From: Pseudomonadota bacterium
GTDB lineage: Bacteria; Bdellovibrionota; FAC87; UBA2466
Assembly (NCBI GenBank): GCA_043718025.1
Contig: JAYSWN010000043.1
Coordinates: forward strand, 1-40,138
Direction: 5' to 3'
Length of the DNA: 40,138 nt
Part shown: positions 1 through 8,858 of the stretch, piece by piece
Numbering within the stretch: position 1 is the stretch's first letter
How the letters are laid out: each line of letters begins with the position of its first letter
Notes under the pieces: generated by a model
Database searches by the model: none
Told to the model about the DNA's origin: nothing
The model's input: the letters and a program-made list of their open reading frames with translations, nothing else
Position numbers and translations under genes: made by a program

Positions 1-114
1 GATTCCAGTTTGGAACTGGTGACTAATCGGATTGAAAAATGACACCAGCGAAGGCCCCACGTGCGCAAATAAACTTCCGGCTATTCCTCCCATTCCCCCC
101 GTGGACTGCCTCCC

Positions 115-143
115 TTGCCGACAAGCTTTTGCCCCCATACATT
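115..143 (+). promoter_or_regulatory. sigma-70-type promoter of glpK (leaderless geometry)
   Basis: TTGCCG(115-120)-17 nt-TACATT(138-143), 7 nt before ATG 151; no SD. Confidence 0.55.
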
Positions 144-150
144 AGCGGCC

Positions 151-1653
151 ATGCAACGCTATATTCTTGCTATCGACCAAGGCACCACCGGCTCGACCGC
201 CCTAATCTTTGACCGGGAATTGAAGATTCACGGAAGAATGAACGTGGAGTTTCCTCAACACTTTCCCGAAGCAAACCGAGTCGAACATGACCTTGATGAA
301 ATTTGGACGTCGGTAGGACGAGCGGTTGTTTTGGCGATGCGACAAAATGGTATCAAAGGTGAAGACATCGCTTGCATCGGAATTACTAACCAAAGAGAGA
401 CAACCTGCTTGTGGTCACGCGGCCGTGACGCCACTCCCGTTTCCCGAGCCATTGTTTGGCAAGACCGCCGCACCGCCGATGTTTGCGTAAAAATGCGCGC
501 CCGGGGTCTGGAGAAAATGATTCAGAAAAAAACGGGGCTACTGCTAGATCCCTATTTTAGTGCGACCAAATTAGAGTGGATGTTGAAAAACATTCCCGGG
601 GCAATGGCAAAAGCCAAACATGGCGAAATTGCGTTTGGAACCATAGACAGTTACCTGCTTTACCGCATGACCGGCTCCCATGCCACCGATGTGTCTAACG
701 CCAGTCGTACCTTGCTAATGGATCTTAAAACCTGCGAGTGGGATGAAGATTTACTGAAACTCTTCAAAGTACCTAAAACTATCCTTCCGCGTATTCTTCC
801 CAGCGCCGTCGAGTATGGCAAAACTAAAGGGTTCTTTGGGCTACCGGATGGAATTCCGGTAACGGGTATCGCCGGTGATCAACAGGCGGCCCTGTTTGGG
901 CAGGCTTGTTTCACCAAGGGTTCTGTCAAATGCACCTACGGTACCGGCGCTTTTGTGCTGGCGAACGTCGGCAACAAACCAGTCTATTCAAAACACCGGC
1001 TGCTCTCTACCGTGGCTTGGAAATTGGGCAACGAGGTTACCTATGGTTTAGAAGGCAGTGCCTTTATTGCCGGCGCGGCGGTGCAATGGCTAAGAGACGG
1101 TCTACAAATCTTAACTCAGTCGAGCGAGGTGGAAAAATACGCGGGCCAGGTTACCAGCTCCGACGGAGTGATTTTTGTTCCGGCATTGTCTGGTTTTGGG
1201 GCGCCCCACTGGCTTGCCAATGCCACGGGGCTGATCACAGGCCTTACCCGTAGAACTAGCCGGGGCCATTTGTGTCGGGCCACATTAGAAGGCATTGCTT
1301 ATCAAGTGGCGGAGCTACTTTCCGCAATGAGCGAAGACCTTCACAAGAGTTTGGGGCCAGTGCGCGTGGACGGTGGCGCATCAGCCGACAATCTTTTAAT
1401 GCAATTTCAAGCCAATCTATTGGGCACCAACGTGATTCGCGCCGAGATTCTTGAAACCACGGCATTGGGCTCCGGGCTTCAGGCGGGGTTAGGCATTGGA
1501 ATGTGGAGTGATCTTAAAGAAATTCAGAAAACCTGGCGTTCCGCCGCTACGTTGAAACCACAGATCACCAAGAAACAGCGTGGTGAATTAATGGGCCGAT
1601 GGGCAAAAGCGGTAGAGGCCGTTCGCCTTTTGTCGGGAGAAAAGAAGCGCTAA
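151..1653 (+). CDS. glpK: glycerol kinase
   Basis: YILAIDQGTT, GITNQRETT, AIVWQDRRT, TDVSNASRT, GDQQAALFGQ, KCTYGTGAF, RVDGGAS motifs; ATG 151 preferred over TTG 115. Confidence 0.95.
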   Translation: MQRYILAIDQGTTGSTALIFDRELKIHGRMNVEFPQHFPEANRVEHDLDEIWTSVGRAVVLAMRQNGIKGEDIACIGITNQRETTCLWSRGRDATPVSRAIVWQDRRTADVCVKMRARGLEKMIQKKTGLLLDPYFSATKLEWMLKNIPGAMAKAKHGEIAFGTIDSYLLYRMTGSHATDVSNASRTLLMDLKTCEWDEDLLKLFKVPKTILPRILPSAVEYGKTKGFFGLPDGIPVTGIAGDQQAALFGQACFTKGSVKCTYGTGAFVLANVGNKPVYSKHRLLSTVAWKLGNEVTYGLEGSAFIAGAAVQWLRDGLQILTQSSEVEKYAGQVTSSDGVIFVPALSGFGAPHWLANATGLITGLTRRTSRGHLCRATLEGIAYQVAELLSAMSEDLHKSLGPVRVDGGASADNLLMQFQANLLGTNVIRAEILETTALGSGLQAGLGIGMWSDLKEIQKTWRSAATLKPQITKKQRGELMGRWAKAVEAVRLLSGEKKR

Positions 1654-3726
1654 TCACTTCATCGCGGTTGTGGAGTACTCGATTCCGTCGACGCCAAAGT
1701 GATAAGCCGAAGACCGGGGGTTTTTTTCAAGAATAGTTATTTTCACCTGATTGATTCCGGGTGCAAGTGACACTTCAGAGATCTTGATCTTCGTTGGTTG
1801 CACGGTGGTTTCGTAAAGATCCACCGTTGCCTCAGCTTGGCCGGGAAATATTTCGATACGTACTTTGGCAAAATCGGGGCCCGAGGTCATCCAAAAGCTG
1901 AGCGCGACAGTCCGCGAATCTTTGCTCTTGAGATAGAACTCAAGATTCGAACCAGGTTTTTCACCGTTAAAAAAGAGCTGATCGTCGCTATGCCACTTAC
2001 CCGTGAAGGATTTCATGTTCTGCGTCTGAGAAGTTCCGGTGCTAAAGAACACAATGTCTTTAGGCGCGAGATCGAAATAGCCTTTGGGGGCGGTAACGTT
2101 GAGAGTGTTGATCCAGGGAAGATCTTGCACGGCGAGTTTTCTTGCGGTCGTTACTTCAGATTGGGTGACCAACCGGTATACCCAGCGGCTTTCTCCAATA
2201 AAAAATTTCACCAACTCAATTTCGGGAACGCGCTTTTGGGCTTCAGCCATAAAACCCGATATGGGGGCTTTGTTACTAATCGCGTAAAATGGTTTATCTA
2301 GGTAGTACGCTTTGGTGATGATGTCGGCCAAGGTGTCCGAGCCCAATCCCCAATTGGCGAATCCCCAAGAATTTACGAGTAGGGTACTAACGTCGGGACG
2401 AATTCCGTAATGTTTTTGATAGTAATCAGCCAGAGGATAATAGGTTCTTGAGTCGTCGTCTAAAAAGGTGGCGTTGGGCGGTAGCTTGGCAAACAACAGT
2501 TTGGCAAAACGATCGACGTCGTCGTAGCCGCGTTTATTCGGGTTGATGATGAACTCAGATTGATAATAGGAGTTCTCTGAGTAGTTATTGTTGTAGCGCG
2601 AGGCCCAAACGCTACTGGGATTTGATCCCCATTTAGCCAGGTTTCCGTAGAGGTAGGGAGGCATTAGCAAGGACAGGGTCAGGTAGGCGTAACCGGCATT
2701 TTTTGCCAGCGGCCGGTTGTTCAACAGACGAAAGCAATGGTTAACCGCAAGGCTAGCAAAGTAGTGAAGAAATACGAACGACATCAGTAGAAAAGCGAAT
2801 TTGTCCCACGTGGGGTAGAAACAGAAATTTATGGTATTGATTGAAAATGCCGAGATAACTCCCCAAAAGCTGGGGCTGCGCGGAGTGCGACGGTAGGCCA
2901 GGTAAATTCCAAAGGCGCCCAAGCCGGCTAAATAAAGAGTGGGAGATTGAAACCACATTACATATAGGGTTTCGAAAAACGAAGCAGACAGGCTACCGCC
3001 GAAGAAGGTGTCCTTAAAACTCCCTACAAAGGCGCCTTTAATAATGGTTTGAAAAGAGCCAACGCGCGCGGTGTCCCGTACGATTAGTGTTAACCATGGC
3101 AGCATACCAAGTGCTGCGAATCCCGCGCAGCGACTCACTACGCCAAATAAGGCTTTGTCGCGTCGGCCAATCATTACGCCGGTGACGACCACTCCCACGC
3201 AGATAAAACTCATTTGCACGTGGTTAAAAATTCCGAGTCCCGCGATCGAGCATAAAGTCCAAAGCCATTTCTTTTCCTTCGTGGTGTCAAGCTGCCGCCA
3301 GCAATACAAACAAAGCACCGTAAGAAATGAGGTGGCTGCGTAGTTCTCAACGATGGTGCTGTGCCACCACATCGAATGGCAAACCATTAGCAGCGTCGCG
3401 CACCACGCCGCCATAATCACGGAACCAAATTCCGCGATTAGCAAAAGGTAAAACACCGCGATGGTCAGGCTGCCGTAAAAAACGGAAACCAGATTGGCCC
3501 TGAGGGCCAGCTCATGAAAAGGAAGTAAAACTTTGAACACCATTCCGGTGACCACCGTCAGCGGGTGGTTATTGACATGCGATTCAATTCCTCCCCGTTG
3601 GATGTCATTAACCAATAGGGCGGTATCGCCGAATCCGATGTAGTGGCCGACGGTCGCAATATAAAAAAGGGCGGGAACAACGAGAAAACCGTAGCGTTTG
3701 AGCGCCGTGATCCATTTTTGGTTCAT
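1654..3726 (-). CDS. DUF2723/TMEM260-like GT-C membrane glycosyltransferase with C-terminal beta-sandwich (CBM-like) domain
   Basis: GDTALL...HVNNHPL and WWHSTIVENY resemble DUF2723 GDSGE...HPPGYPL and W..A..AEVY; about 10 hydrophobic segments, then a soluble domain. Confidence 0.7.
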   Translation of the reverse strand: MNQKWITALKRYGFLVVPALFYIATVGHYIGFGDTALLVNDIQRGGIESHVNNHPLTVVTGMVFKVLLPFHELALRANLVSVFYGSLTIAVFYLLLIAEFGSVIMAAWCATLLMVCHSMWWHSTIVENYAATSFLTVLCLYCWRQLDTTKEKKWLWTLCSIAGLGIFNHVQMSFICVGVVVTGVMIGRRDKALFGVVSRCAGFAALGMLPWLTLIVRDTARVGSFQTIIKGAFVGSFKDTFFGGSLSASFFETLYVMWFQSPTLYLAGLGAFGIYLAYRRTPRSPSFWGVISAFSINTINFCFYPTWDKFAFLLMSFVFLHYFASLAVNHCFRLLNNRPLAKNAGYAYLTLSLLMPPYLYGNLAKWGSNPSSVWASRYNNNYSENSYYQSEFIINPNKRGYDDVDRFAKLLFAKLPPNATFLDDDSRTYYPLADYYQKHYGIRPDVSTLLVNSWGFANWGLGSDTLADIITKAYYLDKPFYAISNKAPISGFMAEAQKRVPEIELVKFFIGESRWVYRLVTQSEVTTARKLAVQDLPWINTLNVTAPKGYFDLAPKDIVFFSTGTSQTQNMKSFTGKWHSDDQLFFNGEKPGSNLEFYLKSKDSRTVALSFWMTSGPDFAKVRIEIFPGQAEATVDLYETTVQPTKIKISEVSLAPGINQVKITILEKNPRSSAYHFGVDGIEYSTTAMK

Positions 3727-3745
3727 AACCCTGCCTTAAAATTTA

Positions 3746-3770
3746 AAGGCGGTGACTAGGATTCCGCCCT
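3746..3770 (-). terminator. possible weak hairpin between radA and the DUF2723 gene
   Basis: AGGGCGG-11 nt-CCGCCTT followed by TAAATTTT on the minus strand. Confidence 0.25.
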
Positions 3771-5127
3771 AAAGCTTATCGGCAAGTTCATGAATGTTTT
3801 CGAGAGGAAGTAACTCAAGCGGCGGATTTTCCAACTCTTTTGTGATGCGTAGCGGCAACATTGCCCGCTTGAAGCCAATTCGTGCGGCCTCTTTTAACCT
3901 GTCGGCGGCCCGCGCCACGCTACGGATCTCTCCGCCTAGGCCTAATTCGCCTAAAAACAAAGTCTGCGGATCAACCGGACTACCCTTAAAACTTGAGATC
4001 AATGCGGCGGCAACGCCCAAGTCGCAGGCGGTCTCCTGTACGCGAATGCCGCCGGCCACATTTACGAAGATATCTTGGTCGTAAAGACGGAACCCCCCCC
4101 GCTTCTCTAAAATGGCAATGAGCAGTGCCACCCGGTTGGGATCCAGGCCGATTGTGGTGCGGCGCGGCATCGGAAGGGCTGACTGTGAAACCAACGCCTG
4201 AATTTCAATCAAGATGGAGCGCGACCCTTCAAGGGTTGCGACAATGGCAGAGCCGGGCGCTCGTTCGGGGCGCTCGGCCAAGAACAGAGCCGAAGGGTTA
4301 GTGACTTCAGTCATTCCCTTTCCGGTCATTTCGAAAAGACCAATTTCGTGGGTGGAGCCAAAGCGGTTCTTCATCGAACGCAAAAGCCGAAGCGTTTGCG
4401 ACGGCGTAGTTTCAAAATAAAGGACGGCGTCCACCATGTGCTCTAACAGCTTTGGACCGGCGATCGTACCCTCCTTGGTTACGTGACCCACTAAAAAAGC
4501 CGCCATATTGTTGGCTTTAGCCAGGTTTACGATGCGAAAGGTGCATTCACGAAGCTGTCCCACACTCCCCGGTTGCGATTCGATTTGCGAAGAGTATGTG
4601 GTCTGCACCGAGTCAATGATCAGAATCTTAGGTTTTAGCTCTTCAACGTATTTTTGAATCGTTTCCAAATCTGTGGCGCAGAGTACCAACAGCTTCTCGG
4701 ATTCCACACCTACCCGTGCCGATCGCAAAGCAATTTGCGACGATGACTCTTCACCGCTTACGTAAAGCACCGAATGGCCCAGACGTGCGTATTGCTCGGA
4801 GACCTGGAGCAGCAGAGTTGATTTTCCAATTCCTGGCTCGCCGCCCAGTAAAATTACCGATCCCGGTACCAACCCGCCGCCCAACACATTATCAAGTTCC
4901 CCGATCTCCGAGCGAATTCGGGGAAAATCTTCGGCTGAAATTTCTATGACGGGGCGTGGCGCATTGGCTTCCTTCGAGAGGCGCGAAAGCACTCCCGATT
5001 TTTTTTCCGCTTTAGTTACACGCTCTTCCACCAAGCTGTTCCACGTTCCGCATTCGTGGCAGCGCCCCTGCCACTTAGGAAAAGCTTGGCCGCAGCTTTG
5101 GCAAAAAAATTGGGTGAGGGTTTTCAT
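3769..5127 (-). CDS. radA: DNA repair protein RadA/Sms
   Basis: C4 zinc finger (CQSCG...CHECG), Walker A GEPGIGKST, KNRFG motif, Lon-like C-terminus; ATG 5127. Confidence 0.97.
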   Translation of the reverse strand: MKTLTQFFCQSCGQAFPKWQGRCHECGTWNSLVEERVTKAEKKSGVLSRLSKEANAPRPVIEISAEDFPRIRSEIGELDNVLGGGLVPGSVILLGGEPGIGKSTLLLQVSEQYARLGHSVLYVSGEESSSQIALRSARVGVESEKLLVLCATDLETIQKYVEELKPKILIIDSVQTTYSSQIESQPGSVGQLRECTFRIVNLAKANNMAAFLVGHVTKEGTIAGPKLLEHMVDAVLYFETTPSQTLRLLRSMKNRFGSTHEIGLFEMTGKGMTEVTNPSALFLAERPERAPGSAIVATLEGSRSILIEIQALVSQSALPMPRRTTIGLDPNRVALLIAILEKRGGFRLYDQDIFVNVAGGIRVQETACDLGVAAALISSFKGSPVDPQTLFLGELGLGGEIRSVARAADRLKEAARIGFKRAMLPLRITKELENPPLELLPLENIHELADKL

Positions 5128-5133
5128 AGGCTC

Positions 5134-5162
5134 AATCCACTCACTCGTTTGCGCTCTGTCAA
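5134..5162 (-). promoter_or_regulatory. sigma-70-type promoter of radA (leaderless geometry)
   Basis: TTGACA-17 nt-TGGATT-6 nt-ATG; perfect -35, imperfect -10. Confidence 0.45.
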
Positions 5163-5362
5163 GGTACGCAGGGGGCCGACGGTTGCTTATCTTTTCAGCA
5201 AGGAAGCGCAAAAAATGTCCACAACTTTAGTTTTTGACCGTCAAAATTCGCACATTGTTTTTTTTAATAGGTTCGTTCAAACTTAAAAATAAGAGCAGAT
5301 ATCACTCTGCACTTCTTCGCAGTACCGAATTCAAACTCAAATTCGAATCAACTGAACACTCT

Positions 5363-6196
5363 ATGCAGACGATCAAATCGGAGCTTCTCGAGCTTCTACG
5401 TCGCCACGACCTTTTGCGGGCCAGTCTTTTGGTTGGCAAGGTCCAAGACGAGAGCTTCTCAATCGACTACCATTTCGAAAAGATCATGGAAATGGCAGCC
5501 CAGGTTTGGCACCGCTGTTCTCGAAATAAAGAGGACGCGATTCAAAAAGCCAAAGAAATAACCCATGTACTTTTTTCTGATGCCAACCTCGTTGGCAAAA
5601 CGGAAAAAGGAAAAGGCGCGATTGACGATCCTCACCGTTATTATCTTCACTCGGTGCTCGATCGCAAAGTGGGCAGCCCGCTCACGACCACCATTCTATT
5701 TTTGATATTAGCGGATCAAGTGGGCCTAAAATATGAATGCCTTGCGATGCCCACCTATTATCTGATCAAAATTTCGGACCCCACGGGTGATGTCTTCATT
5801 GACCCCTATGACAACGGTCGGTTTTTGAACGTTGAAGAGTTTCAAAAAAGAATGCGCTCAGCAATTCACCGCAGTAAACTCTTATCATCGAGTCTCTTCG
5901 AGCAGATCAACTCCTATCAGCTTGTAGCCCGTCTGGTGCAGCAGCTAAAGCACATTTATATTCTAAAAGGAAAAGCTCCCGAAGCCCTGCGTGCCGTTGA
6001 GCTACTCACGGTTTTATTTCCGCAATCGCCCGAGCTCACTCGTGATCGAGGCATTCTCTACTGTGAGATTGAGTATTTTTCGAAGGCGGCCGAAGATCTT
6101 AAGTTCTATCTCGCCAAACGACCTAACGCTAGTGACGTCAACGAGATCAAAAAGCTCGCAACCATGCTCAAAGGCTGCCGCGAAATTATGAATTAA
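5363..6196 (+). CDS. SirB1-family (transglutaminase-like + TPR) protein
   Basis: YYLHSVLDRKVGSPL, MPTYYLIK, VFIDPYDNG, ELTRDRGILY...AAEDLKFYL; start ATG 5363 uncertain. Confidence 0.8.
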   Translation: MQTIKSELLELLRRHDLLRASLLVGKVQDESFSIDYHFEKIMEMAAQVWHRCSRNKEDAIQKAKEITHVLFSDANLVGKTEKGKGAIDDPHRYYLHSVLDRKVGSPLTTTILFLILADQVGLKYECLAMPTYYLIKISDPTGDVFIDPYDNGRFLNVEEFQKRMRSAIHRSKLLSSSLFEQINSYQLVARLVQQLKHIYILKGKAPEALRAVELLTVLFPQSPELTRDRGILYCEIEYFSKAAEDLKFYLAKRPNASDVNEIKKLATMLKGCREIMN

Positions 6197-6214
6197 AAAG
6201 AGTGCGCTAATGCT

Positions 6215-7138
6215 TCAATGCACAGTGGCGCGAACTTTTTGAACGATGGCTTTTGCCGACAAGCCGTATTTTTCGTACAGCTCTTTGGCGTCGCCCGATT
6301 CCCCGTAAGTGTCTTGTAAGCCGATGCGAATCAGTTTGCACGGCAACCCTTCTTCAGCCAGCACTTCCGACACCGCAGTTCCCAAGCCACCCACCACGTT
6401 GTGATCTTCTACCGTGAAAAGATAGCGGCATTGCTTGCCGAGGCTCCGAATCAAAGCGCGATCGATGGGCTTAATGGTGTGCATATCAACCACCCACGGG
6501 CTAAATTCAGTGAGCTCTTCAGAGGCTTGCAGCGCTTCGCTGACTCCGGCTCCGGTCCCAATCAAAGCAAAGTCCTTCCCTTCTTTTACCAAGATACCTC
6601 GGCCCATCTGAAAAACGCTTGGCGAACGGTAAAGTGTAGGAAGTTTCTGTCGCGTGAGACGGAGGTAAACCGGCCCTTCATGTTCGGCCGCAAAACGAAC
6701 GGCGGCTTGGGTGGTAGCCTCATCAGAAGTATTTAGGATCACCATGCCGGGCAAGCAACGAAGCACGCCCATGTCCTCAAGCCCCATCTGAGTATAACCA
6801 TCGTCGCCGATGCCTAGCCCGGCGTGGGTGCCGACCAACTTAACGTTGGCGCGCGAATAACCCACCGACACGCGAATCGTTTCGTAGCGGCCCGCTAAAA
6901 AAGCGCCGAAGCTGCAGCAAAAAGGGATTAAGCCGGTGAAGGCCATGCCGGCCGCGGTGCCAATCATGTTTTGCTCAGCGATCCCCATTTGATAAAAACG
7001 TTCAGGGTAGGCCTTTGCAAAAAGCGCGCTTTTAGTACTGCAACTTAAGTCTGCATCCAGAACTACAAGATTAGGAAATTCTGCGCCTAACTGTTTTAGA
7101 GTCTCTCCAAAAGCATCGCGGGTTGATTTCTCAGCCAT
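6215..7138 (-). CDS. transketolase, C-terminal subunit
   Basis: TRDAFG, VLDADLSCST, MGIAEQNMIG, GPVYLRL, HTIKPID, VEDHNVVGGLG; SD GGAGG before ATG 7138. Confidence 0.93.
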   Translation of the reverse strand: MAEKSTRDAFGETLKQLGAEFPNLVVLDADLSCSTKSALFAKAYPERFYQMGIAEQNMIGTAAGMAFTGLIPFCCSFGAFLAGRYETIRVSVGYSRANVKLVGTHAGLGIGDDGYTQMGLEDMGVLRCLPGMVILNTSDEATTQAAVRFAAEHEGPVYLRLTRQKLPTLYRSPSVFQMGRGILVKEGKDFALIGTGAGVSEALQASEELTEFSPWVVDMHTIKPIDRALIRSLGKQCRYLFTVEDHNVVGGLGTAVSEVLAEEGLPCKLIRIGLQDTYGESGDAKELYEKYGLSAKAIVQKVRATVH

Positions 7139-7973
7139 GGCGACCTCCCGCATTATCAAGTTCAGTCAACGCGCGTCCCAGCTCTTCCGCCGAAGGGGCG
7201 ACGCCGTGCCAGCCGATGTTATTTGCCATAAACGAAACGCCCTGACCTTTCACCGTGTTGGCGATGATAAGAGACGGTCGTTTTTCTTCGTGTCTTGCTT
7301 TCTTAAGGGCGGCAAGAAGCTCACCAAAATCGTGTCCATTAACCTCTTGAACGGCCCAATTGAAAGCTTCCCACTTGGCCTTGATGGGCTGAATATTCAT
7401 CACCTGTTCTACGTGCCCATCAATCTGTCCATTGTTGTGATCGATAAAAGCGATAAGATTATTCAGGTTGTACTTCGGGGCTGACATCGCCGTTTCCCAA
7501 ATCTGCCCTTCCTGTGTCTCCCCATCGCCCATGACACAAAAAACCCGGGCGTCTTTTTTCTGAAGCTTCAGAGCTAAGGCGATGCCTTGTGCAATAGAAA
7601 GTCCCTGTCCCAGGGATCCGGTCGAGGCTTCAACCACGGGCATCAGATGCCGGTCGGGGTGACCCTGTAGGCGCGAGTTGGTTTGCCGAAGCGTCATCAG
7701 CTCCTCTTCTTGCAAAATCCCTTTTTGAGCGAGAATTGCGTAAAGCGCCGGAACCCCGTGTCCTTTCGAAAGAATAAAGCGATCGCGGTCTTCCCAGAGA
7801 GGATCGTCTGGCCTCATCTTAATCTCGGTGAAGAATAAGGCGACCAAGATATCGATTACTGAAAGCGACCCACCGGGGTGGCCCGATTTAGCCTTGGATA
7901 TCATGGTTAAAATTTGTTTGCGGCACTTTACCGCGAGTTCTTGGAGTTCTGCGATTGATGGGGTTTCAGCCAT
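7131..7973 (-). CDS. transketolase, N-terminal (TPP-binding) subunit
   Basis: GHPGGSLS, DRFILSKGH, STGSLGQG, GDGETQEGQIWE TPP motif; overlaps the C-terminal subunit gene by 8 nt. Confidence 0.94.
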   Translation of the reverse strand: MAETPSIAELQELAVKCRKQILTMISKAKSGHPGGSLSVIDILVALFFTEIKMRPDDPLWEDRDRFILSKGHGVPALYAILAQKGILQEEELMTLRQTNSRLQGHPDRHLMPVVEASTGSLGQGLSIAQGIALALKLQKKDARVFCVMGDGETQEGQIWETAMSAPKYNLNNLIAFIDHNNGQIDGHVEQVMNIQPIKAKWEAFNWAVQEVNGHDFGELLAALKKARHEEKRPSLIIANTVKGQGVSFMANNIGWHGVAPSAEELGRALTELDNAGGRHG

Positions 7974-7979
7974 GAGCGC

Positions 7980-8008
7980 AAGATGCATTAGTGGCGGGTT
8001 ATTTTCAA
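7980..8008 (-). promoter_or_regulatory. sigma-70-type promoter of the transketolase pair (leaderless geometry)
   Basis: TTGAAA-17 nt-CATCTT-6 nt-ATG 7973; no SD. Confidence 0.45.
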
Positions 8009-8070
8009 CCCTGGGTTCCTAGAAAGTTCGTATTGCCAAGGCGACTAGTAAGCCATCGCCACGTCAGGGC

Positions 8071-8099
8071 TTGCGGAAATTTTAAGCCTCCGCTAGTTT
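8071..8099 (+). promoter_or_regulatory. sigma-70-type promoter (leaderless geometry)
   Basis: TTGCGG-17 nt-TAGTTT-6 nt-GTG 8106. Confidence 0.55.
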
Positions 8100-8105
8100 C
8101 GCGCC

Positions 8106-8858
8106 GTGTCCGGATTTTTCGCCCTTTTTTCCATTTTAAGCTCCGTTCTGCTGCTGACGTCGTTCGCCACCGGCTATACGGGCACCGTTCTGTTCGGGTT
8201 GAACCACTTGATGTGGGGGCTCGTGTCGGTTCTTCTGGCCGTCGCCCTGCATTGCCTCATCTTTGGAATCTTCACCGGGGCGGGAAAAGACGCCCGCGAA
8301 CTGCTTGAGGACATCAAGCTCAAGTCCGATTTAGCCCTTAAAATTAAGGCCTTCCGTAAAGAGGTGTTTCCTCCGGCACTCTACTGCATTTTACTATTGG
8401 TGCTTGGAGCGGTGATGGGTGGCGCAGCGCGTACGCCGACCATGGCCAAAGTCCACATGGCGCTGATGTTGTTTACGGTTTATTACAACCTGAAGACTTT
8501 TTGGAAAGAATACCAAGCGGTTAGATTAAATGGTTTTCTGGTTGCCGAGCTCAACGCCATTGCGGCTCCGGTCTCTGCGGCATTGCCTAAGGGCGCTCCG
8601 AAAGAGCTCGAGATTTTGGACGGGGCGACAGAAGACCTGCAATGGGGCACTCACGTTTTTGCTTTGGGCAGTTTCTTGGTGTTTATGGGGCTCAATGTGT
8701 GGCTCCCCTATCTCTACTTCCGCTTCATCGTCGGTTACTTTCAGCTCCCCCTATGGCCGTTTTTAATCGGCTCGGGCGTGCTCATCTTTGGCGGCGTTTA
8801 CCTGCGAAAGCGTTACGAGTCGTTCCGCCCTTCGCGCTCTCTCCCTTCGGGATACTAA
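8106..8858 (+). CDS. hypothetical integral membrane protein (about 6 TM)
   Basis: 250-aa ORF with multiple hydrophobic helices and an appropriately placed promoter. Confidence 0.75.
   Translation: MSGFFALFSILSSVLLLTSFATGYTGTVLFGLNHLMWGLVSVLLAVALHCLIFGIFTGAGKDARELLEDIKLKSDLALKIKAFRKEVFPPALYCILLLVLGAVMGGAARTPTMAKVHMALMLFTVYYNLKTFWKEYQAVRLNGFLVAELNAIAAPVSAALPKGAPKELEILDGATEDLQWGTHVFALGSFLVFMGLNVWLPYLYFRFIVGYFQLPLWPFLIGSGVLIFGGVYLRKRYESFRPSRSLPSGY

Noticed and set aside
1..68. Open minus-strand frame from TTG 68 running off the window edge
   Set aside because: Only about 22 codons visible; a divergent gene cannot be supported
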